Translations under genes and position numbers: made by a program
In this document: piece after piece, positions 52,373 to 63,966 of the stretch
Position numbering within the stretch: the first letter of the stretch is position 1
How the letters are laid out: each line of letters begins with the position of its first letter
Notes under the pieces: model-generated
The model's database searches: none
Seen by the model: only the letters and a program-made list of their open reading frames with translations
Told to the model about the DNA's origin: nothing
From: Octopus bimaculoides
Lineage: Eukaryota
Assembly (NCBI RefSeq): GCF_001194135.2
Contig: NC_069003.1
Span: forward strand, 7,430,744 to 7,494,743
Direction: 5' to 3'
DNA length: 64,000 nucleotides

Positions 52373-53035
52373 TGTCTATATTATATATTAGTCTTCAAAG
52401 ACACAAAACCAGTGACAGACTTGCTGTTAGGAGAAATAACAACGACATCACTGCTGTAGATTAAGATTTTTGGAGAAGCAGACGTAATTAAACACACATA
52501 TATATCATCATCATCATCATCATTTTAACATCCATTTTTTCATACTTGCATGGTCATACATACACGCATACATACACGCATACATGTACACACACATATA
52601 CATACACAAATATATACACAAATATATAAACACATACATATACAAACATATAAACACATACATTCATATATACACACAAACACATATATAAACACATATT
52701 CATACACACACACACAAACACATACATTCATATACACACACACACATACAAACATACATTCATATACATACACACACACACATACATATATAAATACATA
52801 CATTCATACACACACACACACACACACANNNNNNNNNNNNNNNNNNNNNNNNNNNNNNNNNNNNNNNNNNNNNNNNNNNNNNNNNNNNNNNNNNNNNNNN
52901 NNNNNNNNNNNNNNNNNNNNNNNNNNNNNNNNNNNNNNNNNNNNNNNNNNNNNNNNNNNNNNNNNNNNNNNNNNNNNNNNNNNNNNNNNNNNNNNNNNNN
53001 NNNNNNNNNNNNNNNNNNNNNNNNNNNNNNNNNNN

Positions 53036-53066
<31 letters not shown>

Positions 53067-53224
53067 AACACACACGTATAGGAACACATACACACACACG
53101 CATATGTGTGCCTATATAGGTTTGACAGAACAAAAATAAAATTGATAAGTGCCAAGCTCGAAACTCTTGGCACTTCAATCACTTTTATAATTTTCTGCCA
53201 ATTAGAATTACAAGTGTGTATATA

Positions 53225-53257
<33 letters not shown>

Positions 53258-53319
53258 GTCTCTACACAGACACACGCACAGAACCCTACATATACATCTA
53301 TCAATAGATATTTTAAAGA

Positions 53320-53346
<27 letters not shown>

Positions 53347-53351
<5 letters not shown>

Positions 53352-53568
53352 GGGTGTGCTGAAAGGTTTCTGGCTTTAAGGGGCTCGCGAAAGGCCTGGC
53401 TGGAAGCCCAGCTTTCAGAGTTCTTTTACAAGCCTTATAAAAAGCTGAAAGGACCGTTGCGATAAGTGTGTGGATATGAGAAAGGGAATAGGTTGAATAA
53501 AATCATAATTAACTGATCTTCCTGTATTTTCTTTTACCCAAAGCCAGGAGCTCTTCAGCACCCCCCTC

Positions 53569-53569
<1 letters not shown>
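53347..53569. mobile_element. Mariner-type MITE with about 30-bp TIRs
   Basis: CGAGAGGGTGTGCTGAAAGGTTTCTGGCTTT / AAAGCCAGGAGCTCTTCAGCACCCCCCTCG; TA on the left, within (TG)n. Confidence 0.85.
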
Positions 53570-53599
<30 letters not shown>

Positions 53600-54171
53600 C
53601 ACACACACCGCGCGCGCGAATAGAGATGCAACTATACACACATCTATGCAAATACATACACACACACGACACACATTTATACAACTATACATACCTACAC
53701 ACACACACACACATATACATCCTATACAGATATACAGATACGCAGACACAAACATGCGTACATAAAATTAAGGTGCATTACGTACCGCTACCTTTACGAT
53801 TACATATACATACATATATATATATATATATATANNNNNNNNNNNNNNNNNNNNNNNNNNNNNNNNNNNNNNNNNNNNNNNNNNNNNNNNNNNNNNNNNN
53901 NNNNNNNNNNNNNNNNNNNNNNNNNNNNNNNNNNNNNNNNNNNNNNNNNNNNNNNNNNNNNNNNNNNNNNNNNNNNNNNNNNNNNAATTAAATGCAGGTA
54001 GCCTTCATGAAATGGTTTGCCGTCTTTTTAAGGAAGCATACATCCAAAATGACGTATGGGTTGGCAACAGATCACAATAAAATCCGTTATCTTTCATAAG
54101 AATTGATGTAATTTAATAAGCAGGACATGCTGCTAGCACTCCTACTAATGACCGACCGCGGGTTATATAAA

Positions 54172-54227
<56 letters not shown>

Positions 54228-54514
54228 GGATAATAATAATAATACGGGTTATAATAATGATTCGGTATAATGCTTGGGTTTTATTTGATTCTTAATTCCC
54301 CTCCCCCCCCTCTATTCCAACCCAGATTGCAGGTGTGTATATATGTGTATGTATAGGTATGTATGTATGTATGTATTTGTAAATATGCGTGCTTGTGAGT
54401 ATATGTATGTTTGTGGTGTGTGGATGTATATATATGCATATGTCAATATGTAGATATACATATAAATTTACCTGTTTTATATATATGAGAGAGAGAGGGA
54501 TGCATGTATGTGTG

Positions 54515-54547
<33 letters not shown>

Positions 54548-55195
54548 TAGATAGAAAGAAAGATAGATAGATCGATCTAGATGCATGTATGTGTGTGTGT
54601 GTATGTATATATATAGGAAAATGTGTGAATTCCTTAGAACAATTCTTTTTACATATATATATATATAGTGTGTGTGTATAAATATGTGGATGTCAACATG
54701 CAGATGTGTGTCTGTGTGTAGATATATCTAGATGCTTGTATGTATGTGTGTGTATACGCGCGTGTGTGTGTATATGTGTAATTGTGTACGTCGATGTGCA
54801 GACATGTGTATGTCTGTTTGCGTGTACGTTAATATGCATGTATATAATTACACACACATACGTGTATGTGTGTGTGTGTGTGTGTGTGTTTCCTTGTGCT
54901 TTTCTTTCGACTTCGTGAAGGATATAAAACTATATTGTCATTCATGTGTTGTTGTTCGTCGAGGATCCTTTGCTAGTTTGAGGAAGGAATATGAGAAGCA
55001 ACAATTAGATTTCGGTTTGCTGGAGGGAGAGAGAGAGAGAAACGTTTGCTTTGTAATATATAATAATGTAGCTACAAGAACAGGTACTGGCTTACTGACA
55101 TTTCTGACATTAACATCATAAATAAATAAGGTGAGAGAAAGAGCGACGAAAACAACGAAGTAAACAGCCAGGTCTAAGGATATAAACAAAACACT

Positions 55196-55243
<48 letters not shown>

Positions 55244-55549
55244 ACAGACAGACACTCACATGTAGATGAGCATGCATATATACACCCACATACATGGTAT
55301 ATAAATAAACATATATGTGTATAATTTATAACTGTGTTTTTGTTGTTCTTTTTGTTTGTTCTTTTTCGTTAATAACACTAAATTAAGATAAATTACGGTA
55401 CACACTGGTCATGAGTCTTAAATATATATATATATATATACATATATACATACAAACGTACACACACAAATATATATAAACATACATATACACACCTATA
55501 TATACATACACACATACCTATATATACATACACACACACAGACATACAT

Positions 55550-55601
<52 letters not shown>

Positions 55602-55987
55602 GTACACACAAACATATATAAACATACATATACACATACCTGTATATACATATACACATACCTATATATACATCCACACACAGACATACCTATACATACA
55701 TATATATAGATATATAGATACAGACACATATATATATGCATACATTCGCACACATATTTATGTACGAACACACAAACATAACTGGAGAAATGGTTGTATT
55801 GTTTACACACACACATACATACACACACGAGCACGTATATACACCAACATACAGTATGTATGTATGTATGTATATATGATTTGTATATCTAAACAGATTT
55901 GAGCCTTTTAGTGAATAACACGAGAGATTAAAACGAATTAAGATGCACTGTTGCATCTCCCATACACACATACACTAGATTAATAGA

Positions 55988-56018
<31 letters not shown>

Positions 56019-56019
56019 C

Positions 56020-56051
<32 letters not shown>

Positions 56052-56327
56052 CAGACAGACATAGATAGATGGATAGATAGACATATAGATAGATAGGTAG
56101 ATAGATAGATAGAGATGTATGTATGTATATATGTATGCGATGAATGTATTATTATATTAAAAAGCGGTTTTTATGAAAGAAGTCGGGAGGAATGTAAGGT
56201 GGATTTTTTTAATATTCATTGAACGAGGGCGGGGTCCACACTCAAACACAAACCACCACAAAAATAAATGTCCAATGTGTATAGTGTTTTCATTTACAAA
56301 ACCCAAAAAAAACTACGTAAAACTTAC

Positions 56328-56357
56328 CAGCAGTAAAGGTTGTAACGTGTTGGACAT
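56328..56357 (-). CDS. Candidate first coding exon (MSNTLQPLLL) of an unidentified gene
   Basis: GGAAAAC-ATG context, donor CTG|GTAAGT, phase 0; no upstream ATG up to the Inr-like site. Confidence 0.45.
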
Positions 56358-56423
56358 GTTTTCCGATAGTAGTAAGTCAAATGACAAGACAGAATGTTCC
56401 GCCTGCCTTCCTTCAACAACAAC

Positions 56424-56430
56424 AGACTGA
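56424..56430 (-). promoter_or_regulatory. Initiator-like motif TCAGTC
   Basis: Matches TCA(G/T)T(C/T), about 70 nt upstream of the candidate ATG. Confidence 0.3.
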
Positions 56431-56459
56431 GTACTCGACAACAAGCTCTTCGGTAATGC

Positions 56460-57560
56460 CTGTCAGTCTGTCTGTCTTTTTCTTCTTATCTTTTCTTCTC
56501 TCCCCAATCATTCATACATTCATTCTATCTCTATTATAATCTCTCTTTCTCTCTCTCTCTCACCAAATAAATTTTGCCTCGCTTGTTTCTCTCAAAAGCG
56601 ACAACGCTTTTCACATGCCTTTTCTTTCAACCTCTGTAAGTGCTCGCTTTCTCTCTCTCTCTCTCTCTCTCTCGTTCTGATTCTTCTCCTTCTCTCTGTA
56701 ATTGGTTCTCTTTCACTATTTCCAGCTTTTCCAATTTCTCTCTCTCTCTAATCTTCTGTTCGTTCTCCTCTCTTTAATCGAATCTCTCTCACCCTTTCAC
56801 GCTTCTCTAGCCCTGTCCCAATCTCTCCCTTTCTCTCTGCCTTTTCTCCTCTTACACATACCTCTTACATTGACCATCCTCTGTCCTTCATTTCTTTTAT
56901 CTCCGGTTCATACTTATACCTCATTTTCTTCTTTTCTCTTTCTCTCCTTCTCAGTCTTACTGTCACGCACTGTTTCACTCTCTTTTCTCTTTCACACTCT
57001 TTCTTTCTCTCTCTTTCTCTTTATTTTTCTCCCTCTCTTTTCTCTCACTGTTTTTCACTCATTTCTCTGTCACTATTTCTCTCTATCACTTTTACTCTTT
57101 CGCTTTGCCCTCTCTTTCTTTTTTGCTTTCCAATTCTATCGTTTCTCCTCCCTCTCTATCTCTTACTCCTCTTTTTCGTTTCTTTCTCTCTCCCCTTCTC
57201 TCTATCTTTCTTATTCTATCTTTTCCTTTCTCTCTCTATCCCTCACGATGCTTCTCTTTCCCTCTCTCTTACTTTCTCCCCTTTCTCTATCTCTTTTTCT
57301 AGCTTTCGCCCTGTCCGTCTTTCATCCTTTCCCTATCTCTCTCTGACTGTTTCTCTTTCTTTCCCTTTCTCTCTTTTTATCTTTTACTCCTTCTCTCTAT
57401 ATTTCTCTCTCTCTCTCTCCCTTTCTCCCCATCTCTTTCACATTATCCCACATTATCAATTATTTAAGCTTTCTCTTTCTCAATAACCATCACTTTTCTC
57501 TCTCACTTTCTCTTTTCCCTCCAATTTTCCTTAATCTCTAAGTTCCCCCTTTTCTCTTTT
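56460..57560. repeat. About 1.1-kb polypyrimidine (CT-rich) tract
   Basis: Direct inspection; second tract at about 58490-58800. Confidence 0.9.
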
Positions 57561-58908
57561 ATAGGCGGTTTTTTTAATTAATCCCTCTAAATCCCATTTG
57601 TTTAAGCCGTATTTTTCACCACCTTACGATCGAAGTCTCTCTGTCTCTATCTATCTATCTATCTGTCTTTAGCTCCCATGCACAAACACATTTATGTAAT
57701 TCACCAACATTAAATTGGCATTCCCAGTCCTCTTATAGCGTACTTTTAGTACGCTATAAATACGATTAATATGTTTGTGTGTATTTACACGCAAACATAG
57801 AAACACACATCCACAGACACACAGCCTTATAAGGCATTTTAGTTGGTTTGTGACCACAAGTTGGAATTGGAAATACTAATACTATAAATTTTGGCAACGT
57901 TCAGATAATGTTCAATACGCATTCTTATCTTCTTTTTCTTTTTCTTTTTTTTTTTTCTTCAAAAATTATTTTGGAATCATATGGTTTCGACAACAGAGTT
58001 CCTGGTTTTACAGAAAGGAAAAGAAAAACAAATAAAAGATTGTTTTCAAATTTCTAACCCAACCCCACCTCCACCTCTATTTCATCCCCATTTCACTCGA
58101 CAAAAAAAAAACCAAAAAAAAACCAACACAAATCTGGTTTTAGCTGAGGATATTTTTGGGTCAGTGGGAATTTCCATGTTTAAAAATACAGAGATTATAA
58201 TTCTGAAGAAGAAAAAAAAACCAGAATTTTTCTTTTAAAAAATTTCAATGCTTATGTAATTTTCCAATTTTGATTTTCAGTCACAGACCGAAAGGAATCG
58301 TGTGTGTGTGTGTGTGTGTGTGTGTGTCTATTATAAATTTGCAAAAAGTTCATGTGTGTGTTTTTTACTTGATCACCCCCTTTTGTTTGTGACAATTACC
58401 TGTACTTTGCTGCCACCACAGTGCTGAATTTTACTATTCAACTCTTTTCTCCTGCTCCTCATTGAAAGCTTTGTCACTTCCAGCAACTCCCCCTCTTTCT
58501 CTCTCCCTCACTCTCTCTGTCTCCTGTATATGCTTTCTTTTCTCTTGTTTTTAATTCCTCTCCACATCTGTTGCTCAAATACTATCAACACCACTTTGAC
58601 TTCTATTTCATTTTCTCTTTTTCTCTCGATGCTTTTAATTCCTTTTCTTATCTCACTCTTCCTTTATTCTAATGTCTTCAACTTTCCTTTTTCTCTCTCT
58701 CTCTCAGTCTCTCTTATATTATTATCATCTTTCTTCCTATCACTTGCCCCTCTCTTTCTTCCATTCATTATTCTTTTTTTCTCTCTTATCTCATATTTTA
58801 CTAATTTCAGTCAGAAGACAGAGGCCATCCTGGGGCACAGCCTTGAAGAACTTTAGTTGAACAAATCAACCCCAGTACTATAATTTTTTTTAAAGCCTGG
58901 TACTTATT

Positions 58909-59143
58909 CTTATTTCTTTATTGCCCACAAGGGGCTAAAACATGGAGGGGACAAACAAGGACAGACAAAGGGATTAAGTCGATTACATCAACCCCAGTGC
59001 GTAACTGGTACTTAATTTATCAACCCCAAAAGGATGAAAAGCAAAGTCGACCTTGGCGGAATTTGAACTCAGAACGTTACGGCAGATGAAATACCGCTAA
59101 GCATTTCGCATGGCCTGCTAACGTTTCTGCCAGCTCGCTACCT
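58909..59143 (-). mobile_element. Young family B SINE nested in a family C 3' domain
   Basis: ACTTATTCT on both sides; host continues as ATCGATCTCTTGCTGAA. Confidence 0.8.
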
Positions 59144-59554
59144 TGCACTTATTCTATCGATCTCTTGCTGAATCGCTAAGATCCATTTGACTTACCCTCT
59201 CCTAAAAATTGCGGGCCTTGTGCCAAAATTTGAAACCATCGTTATTATTATAACTTAAGCATCAAGCTGGCAGAAGCATTAGCAAGCCAGGCTGAGGTCA
59301 AAGTTTTTTTTTTTTTTCCTCTTATCTCTCTTTGGTTATTCATGAGTCACACCCATCTGTGGGGGACAAGATTATTCAATTGGTGTAAAATGGTGTGAGT
59401 CAATGGATTTGGTAAACAGAGCTTTTGTAGAGCCCTTCCCAAAGAAGCATCCACACTAGAAATGGAGCCAAAAAAGTATTCAAATACTTAATTATAGAGA
59501 GTAATCTTAAATAAAATCATATGAATATGAAAACTCATAACCTAATTATGGTGT

Positions 59555-59870
59555 CATCATCATCATCATCATCATCGTTTAACGTCCGCTTTCCATGCTA
59601 GCATGGGTTGGACGATTTGACTCAGGACTGGTGAAGCAGATGGCTACACCAGGCTCCAATCTGATTTGGCAGAATTTCTACAGCTGGATGCCCTTCCTAA
59701 CGCCAACCACTCTGAGAGTGTAGTGGGTGATTTTACGTGCCACCGGCACAAAGGCCAGTCGGGTGGTACTGGCAACAGCCACGCTCGAAATGGTGTATTT
59801 TACATGCCACCTGCACAGGAGCCAGTCCAGGGGCACTGGCAACGAACTCGCTCGAATGTCTTTTCACGTG
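59555..59870 (-). mobile_element. Young RTE 3' tail with (CAT)n
   Basis: CATCATCGTTTAACGTCCGCTTTCCATGCTAGCATGGGTTGGACG with CpGs intact. Confidence 0.85.
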
Positions 59871-60011
59871 CCAGGAGGGCGACGCTGGTGTACGATGTAA
59901 AAACATGTATTGTCATTATATATGTATGCATGTATGTATTTTTTTTTGTTCATTCCCGTCTGGGCTATGAAAGGTCTTTGTATTTTTGTTGGTCGTAATT
60001 ATTCATACCAG

Positions 60012-60110
60012 TACGTAATTCCTGATGAAGAATCTAATTTATATTTCATGAAGAGTTTTCAGTTTTTGTCTTTGGAATTAATTAGACTCTGAAACAATTT
60101 GTAGAATGTA
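60012..60110 (+). ncRNA. Type I hammerhead ribozyme with long stem II
   Basis: AUUC-CUGAUGA (60022-28), stem II AGAAUCUAAUU/AAUUAGACUCU (10/11), GAAA 60091-94, ACA(AUU)UGU, GUA, GAAU. Confidence 0.75.
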
Positions 60111-60271
60111 TATTGGATCTGTACCAACCTGGATTACGAATTAAAGAATGTCTACACCTACTATTTTTCCTCTCGTTATACTTCATTTATTGTAAAGAAT
60201 AAAAAGTTTTGAATGGTACAACAATGCACTATAAAACAAAAAATGGACTATATACCTGTTGTAATTTAGTT

Positions 60272-60326
60272 ATCTATAGTCTGGTGATATTTCGGAATAC
60301 AATTCCTTCTTCAGATATTCTTAGAT
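60272..60326 (-). ncRNA. Minimal hammerhead core with weak stem I
   Basis: CUGAAGA A GGAAU(UGU)AUUCC GAAAU AUC with palindromic AUAU; stem I only 1 proximal bp plus distal AUCUA/UAGAU. Confidence 0.5.
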
Positions 60327-61218
60327 GGAGTCTCTGCTATAATCTGTTTTCCAACGGTTTTCCTTTTTTTTCCGGAAGCATCTCAGCAGTGGTCTCACGA
60401 AGCTCCTTCTGGAATTCCTCATGAGAATCGCGTGAGGTCGGCTATGTCTCAATCTTGTGTGTGTTGGTACATCTGTAGAGCTACTTCTAAGTTATGTGTT
60501 ATACGTGCAGCTTCTCTTTTTTTTTCCTTTTTTTTGTTATAAACAATACATGAGCATGTTATTAAGAATGAACCTATTATTTTTACAAATACTGAATATA
60601 TATTTTTTTAATATATATTCTTTATTTGGGCTGTACCGGTGGACTTGGATATTGGACGTCCTTTTGAAGGATTTCGGTCCTCACCTCTTTTATATTTACA
60701 TATAATTAATATACAGGCATGGTGATGCAGACAGGAAAAATAAAACTCAAAATATGAGTATATTTAGCAAAGGCAGCAGACTGACTCATGAGCTGAGAGT
60801 TGAGTCTTAATTCCCAGCTCTCGAGTCACTCTATTGCTTCTGCTAAATATCAATGTGTGTGTGTGTGTGGTTGTGTAATAATATAACTGTAATATTGGTT
60901 TCAAATTTTGTCACTAGGCCAGCGATTTTAGGGGAGGGCATAAGTCAATTACATCGACTCCAGTGTTCAACTGGTACTTATTTTCTCAACCCTGAAAGAA
61001 CGAAAGATCGAGTCAGCCTAAGAGCAATTTGAATTCAGAATGTAAAGACGGATGAAATACCACTAGGCATATTGCCTGGTGTGGTTAACAGCTTCACCAT
61101 CTCACCGCCTTTATATAATTCTTTACATAAAGGAGTCAAACTAAATAATGATATTTTGAAAGCATTTAATATGAACATTCCAGATTTTATGAAATATTTA
61201 ATTGGAAATATTTTGGAA

Positions 61219-61300
61219 CATATTAACTGAAGAAGGTCTTTGCATAAGGAGACGTGTTTTCTATTACATATTACACAAGATCTGAAACCTGTACAAAATG
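61219..61300 (+). ncRNA. Hammerhead core with 7-bp stem II and degenerate stem I
   Basis: CUGAAGA 61227-33, AGGUCUU/AAGAUCU, GAAAC CU GUA 61284-93. Confidence 0.55.
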
Positions 61301-61508
61301 CTTTCAAAATATCATTATTTGGTTTTCAATTCATTTTTACAACTAATATAACTTGATGCAAGTGGAAACTAGCAACTCCTGACACCATTTACAAAGATTT
61401 TCTAACCAGGATTTGGAATAGTTTGTTGTGTTTGGCTAGAGCCAAAAATTCTGCTGCCACATATTGCTTCTAAGCAAAACACAAAATGTGTGTACAATAT
61501 ATATGCAT

Positions 61509-61542
<34 letters not shown>

Positions 61543-61829
61543 GTGTGTGTCTGTATGTATGTATGTATTTATGTAGGTATGTATGTAGGTAGGTATGTAT
61601 GTATATATATATTTCAAAACAAGAGTGAAAGAAAGCTAAACTTCCTTATCCAGTTTCAACATGCTTCTGCCTGGTGGCAAATTCAAATACACATCTATAA
61701 AAAGAGAAGGAGATAGAAACGATTATTTCCTTGCATGAAAAGTAGATACTGTAATGAAACATCTATAATTCACCCTGATATTAAAAAAAAAGCTATCAAT
61801 GGGCGAGATGAACAGAATTATTTTTTTAA

Positions 61830-61934
61830 ATAGTGTACTATAGTTTCGGGTTTAACTTCCAAATTAAATAAATTAATTTTTAAAAAAAATTAATTAAATT
61901 TAAATTTGTTAAGTATGACCTTCTTCAGCACTAT
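61830..61934 (-). ncRNA. Type I hammerhead ribozyme
   Basis: Stem I AUAGUG/CACUAU (6 bp), CUGAAGA, stem II GGU/ACC plus UUAAC/GUUAA with AT-rich hairpin, GAAAC UAUA GUA with palindromic ACUAUAGU. Confidence 0.75.
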
Positions 61935-62052
61935 CCCTCCATATTTACGAAAAATATGAATCATTTAAAAAATATTACCTTATTCATCAACAGCCATTGG
62001 AATTTCAAGGTATAAAATTATTTCAGTATATATATATATATATATATATATA

Positions 62053-62250
62053 TGGGAAAATTTACAAAAAAAAAACAACAGATGAAGACAGGTGGTGTAA
62101 ACAACAAATGGATGTATTAGTTTAACACTCAGGAATACAGAAGGTCTTTGACATTTCGAGCTACGCTCTTCAACTGAAAGGAACACGGAATGAAATAAGG
62201 AGAGAAACAAGGAGAAAAAAAATATATAAATGTAGTGGTCAGCGATCTAT
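62053..62250 (-). mobile_element. Probable Penelope-type terminal fragment between TA microsatellites, with dead hammerhead
   Basis: CUUU CAGUUGA A GAGC(GUA)GCUC GAAAUGUC AAAG at 62146-62180: same architecture, two core substitutions. Confidence 0.45.
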
Positions 62251-62252
62251 CA

Positions 62253-62293
<41 letters not shown>

Positions 62294-62296
62294 GTG

Positions 62297-62327
<31 letters not shown>

Positions 62328-62516
62328 ATGTGTGTGTGTGTGTGTGTATACATGTGTGTGTATATGTTATGCAGGTATAAGGTAGTGGTGTTTAAAGCCT
62401 CTAAGGGAAAGATATATCCAAAGGCACTCCTGGTAATTACCTCAGTAAGTATAGTCCTTGGTAAAAGGTATACGTCAGCAGGTAATTCGGTGGGTAAACC
62501 ATAGTTTAATTCATGT

Positions 62517-62661
62517 AGACGATAAGAAAATGGAGGAAAAATAACAATAAGAAGTGTGTCTTTTAGGCTAGGAAGCCATTATTTAATTAACTAATTAGAT
62601 AATGGCTTCCTAGCGCAAAAGACACTCTTCTTATTGTTATTTTTCCTCCATTTTCTTATTG

Positions 62662-62664
<3 letters not shown>
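62517..62664. repeat. 148-bp near-perfect palindrome
   Basis: 73-bp arms, 2-nt loop, 68 Watson-Crick pairs, 2 G-U, 3 mismatches. Confidence 0.95.
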
Positions 62665-62708
<44 letters not shown>

Positions 62709-62709
62709 G

Positions 62710-63350
62710 AGACGTACAGTCTTGTTGATGTTGGTTGCAGTGAGCTGCTGGAGTCTATCTGCCTTTGTCATGCCTGCCCGCCAGGTGTTGCTCTCTTCCA
62801 CCAGAGTCAATCCTTGGGGACTTGAGGTTGCCCTCCTCTGCTTACTTTGCTATTGGGGTCTTGATTGAGGTCAGGAGAAGTGTCAAGAACAACAACAGCC
62901 TGTAATGTTCATCTTCTGGGATCATCAACAAAGAAAGCCTTTGACAAGGTCCCCTGTCCTGCAATGTGGGCCATCCTTGTTCGGTTTGGATGTCCAGAGG
63001 ACTTCATTGCCTGGTCCATTCCCTTTATGACAGCATGGTGGGTTAGGGCATGCCATAAAAATGCCCTCACAGACCTGTTTCCCATCACTGGGTGTCTTAA
63101 GTAAAGATGCATCCTGGCACCAATCTGTTTCTTTTTGTACATGACCACCATGTTCAACAAAAGCCCACTTGACTTGCCTTCCATCAACACATGCTTTCAC
63201 TTGGATGGTGGACTCTTCAGTCTCACACATTTCCACACAACAATGAGGACCTCCACCATCTCAGTCTGTAGGATGCAGTATGATGATCCACAACAATGCT
63301 ACACTGAGCTGGAGTGCAAATGATCTACAAAGGATGGCCAATCTTTACAA
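62710..63350 (-). mobile_element. RTE (BovB-like) LINE fragment with 5' inversion, decayed
   Basis: Plus strand 62870-63350 RT core (KAFDKV..WAILVRFGCPEDFI..CILAP); minus strand 62710-62870 C-terminus (SRGGQ..KD..ESNTWRAGM). Confidence 0.65.
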
Positions 63351-63966
63351 CGCAGCTTATGAATGCTTTGGGATGCAGGTAAACATATTAAAGACCAAGA
63401 CCCTGATCCAATAAAAGATGAAAGGAAGAATGGGAAAGGAATGGGAACTGAGATAAAAGTATACATAATATGCAAAATATTTCAATACATGAATGATACA
63501 GTCCTTTTGATACACAAAAGCCCTCTAAAAAAAAAAAAGGGCCAATCAAGGAACCTCACAAAATAAATCAATCTGACCACCAAGGGCACAAGCCCTCACC
63601 CAAATGTTGTTCCCCAATCAACAGGCATATGCCAGCCAAGAGTAGCTTCATTCATCCTAACCATCTTCGCCACAGTCACCTAACTCGCACTGGCTTATCT
63701 CCAGCAACATGTTTACAATATGAGTATGGCCTAGCAGTCCGTCTATTTATCTTTTTGTCTTTCTACCTTATGTGTCTCAAATGCCTAACTGTCTCCGTCA
63801 TGTCATCTGACAAAACTCTTATTGTCTGTTACAGTATTTTCAGATTTTTTTTTTTGATGTGTCTCATCATTTAATTTAATATCAGTCTCTCATGCATGAC
63901 ATGACTTAAGCAGACTAATACAAATGGAATTATATATTATACATCACCTAATGACAATTGACCTCT

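Noticed and set aside
3114-53991. Long ORFs containing X runs
   Set aside because: Open only because they span N-gaps
8223-55971. ORFs rich in CV/YI/HT/ND repeats
   Set aside because: Translations of TA/CA/GAT/AAT microsatellites
56702-58860. 214-aa and 108-aa Leu/Ser/Phe-rich ORFs resembling membrane proteins
   Set aside because: Translations of CT-rich low-complexity tracts
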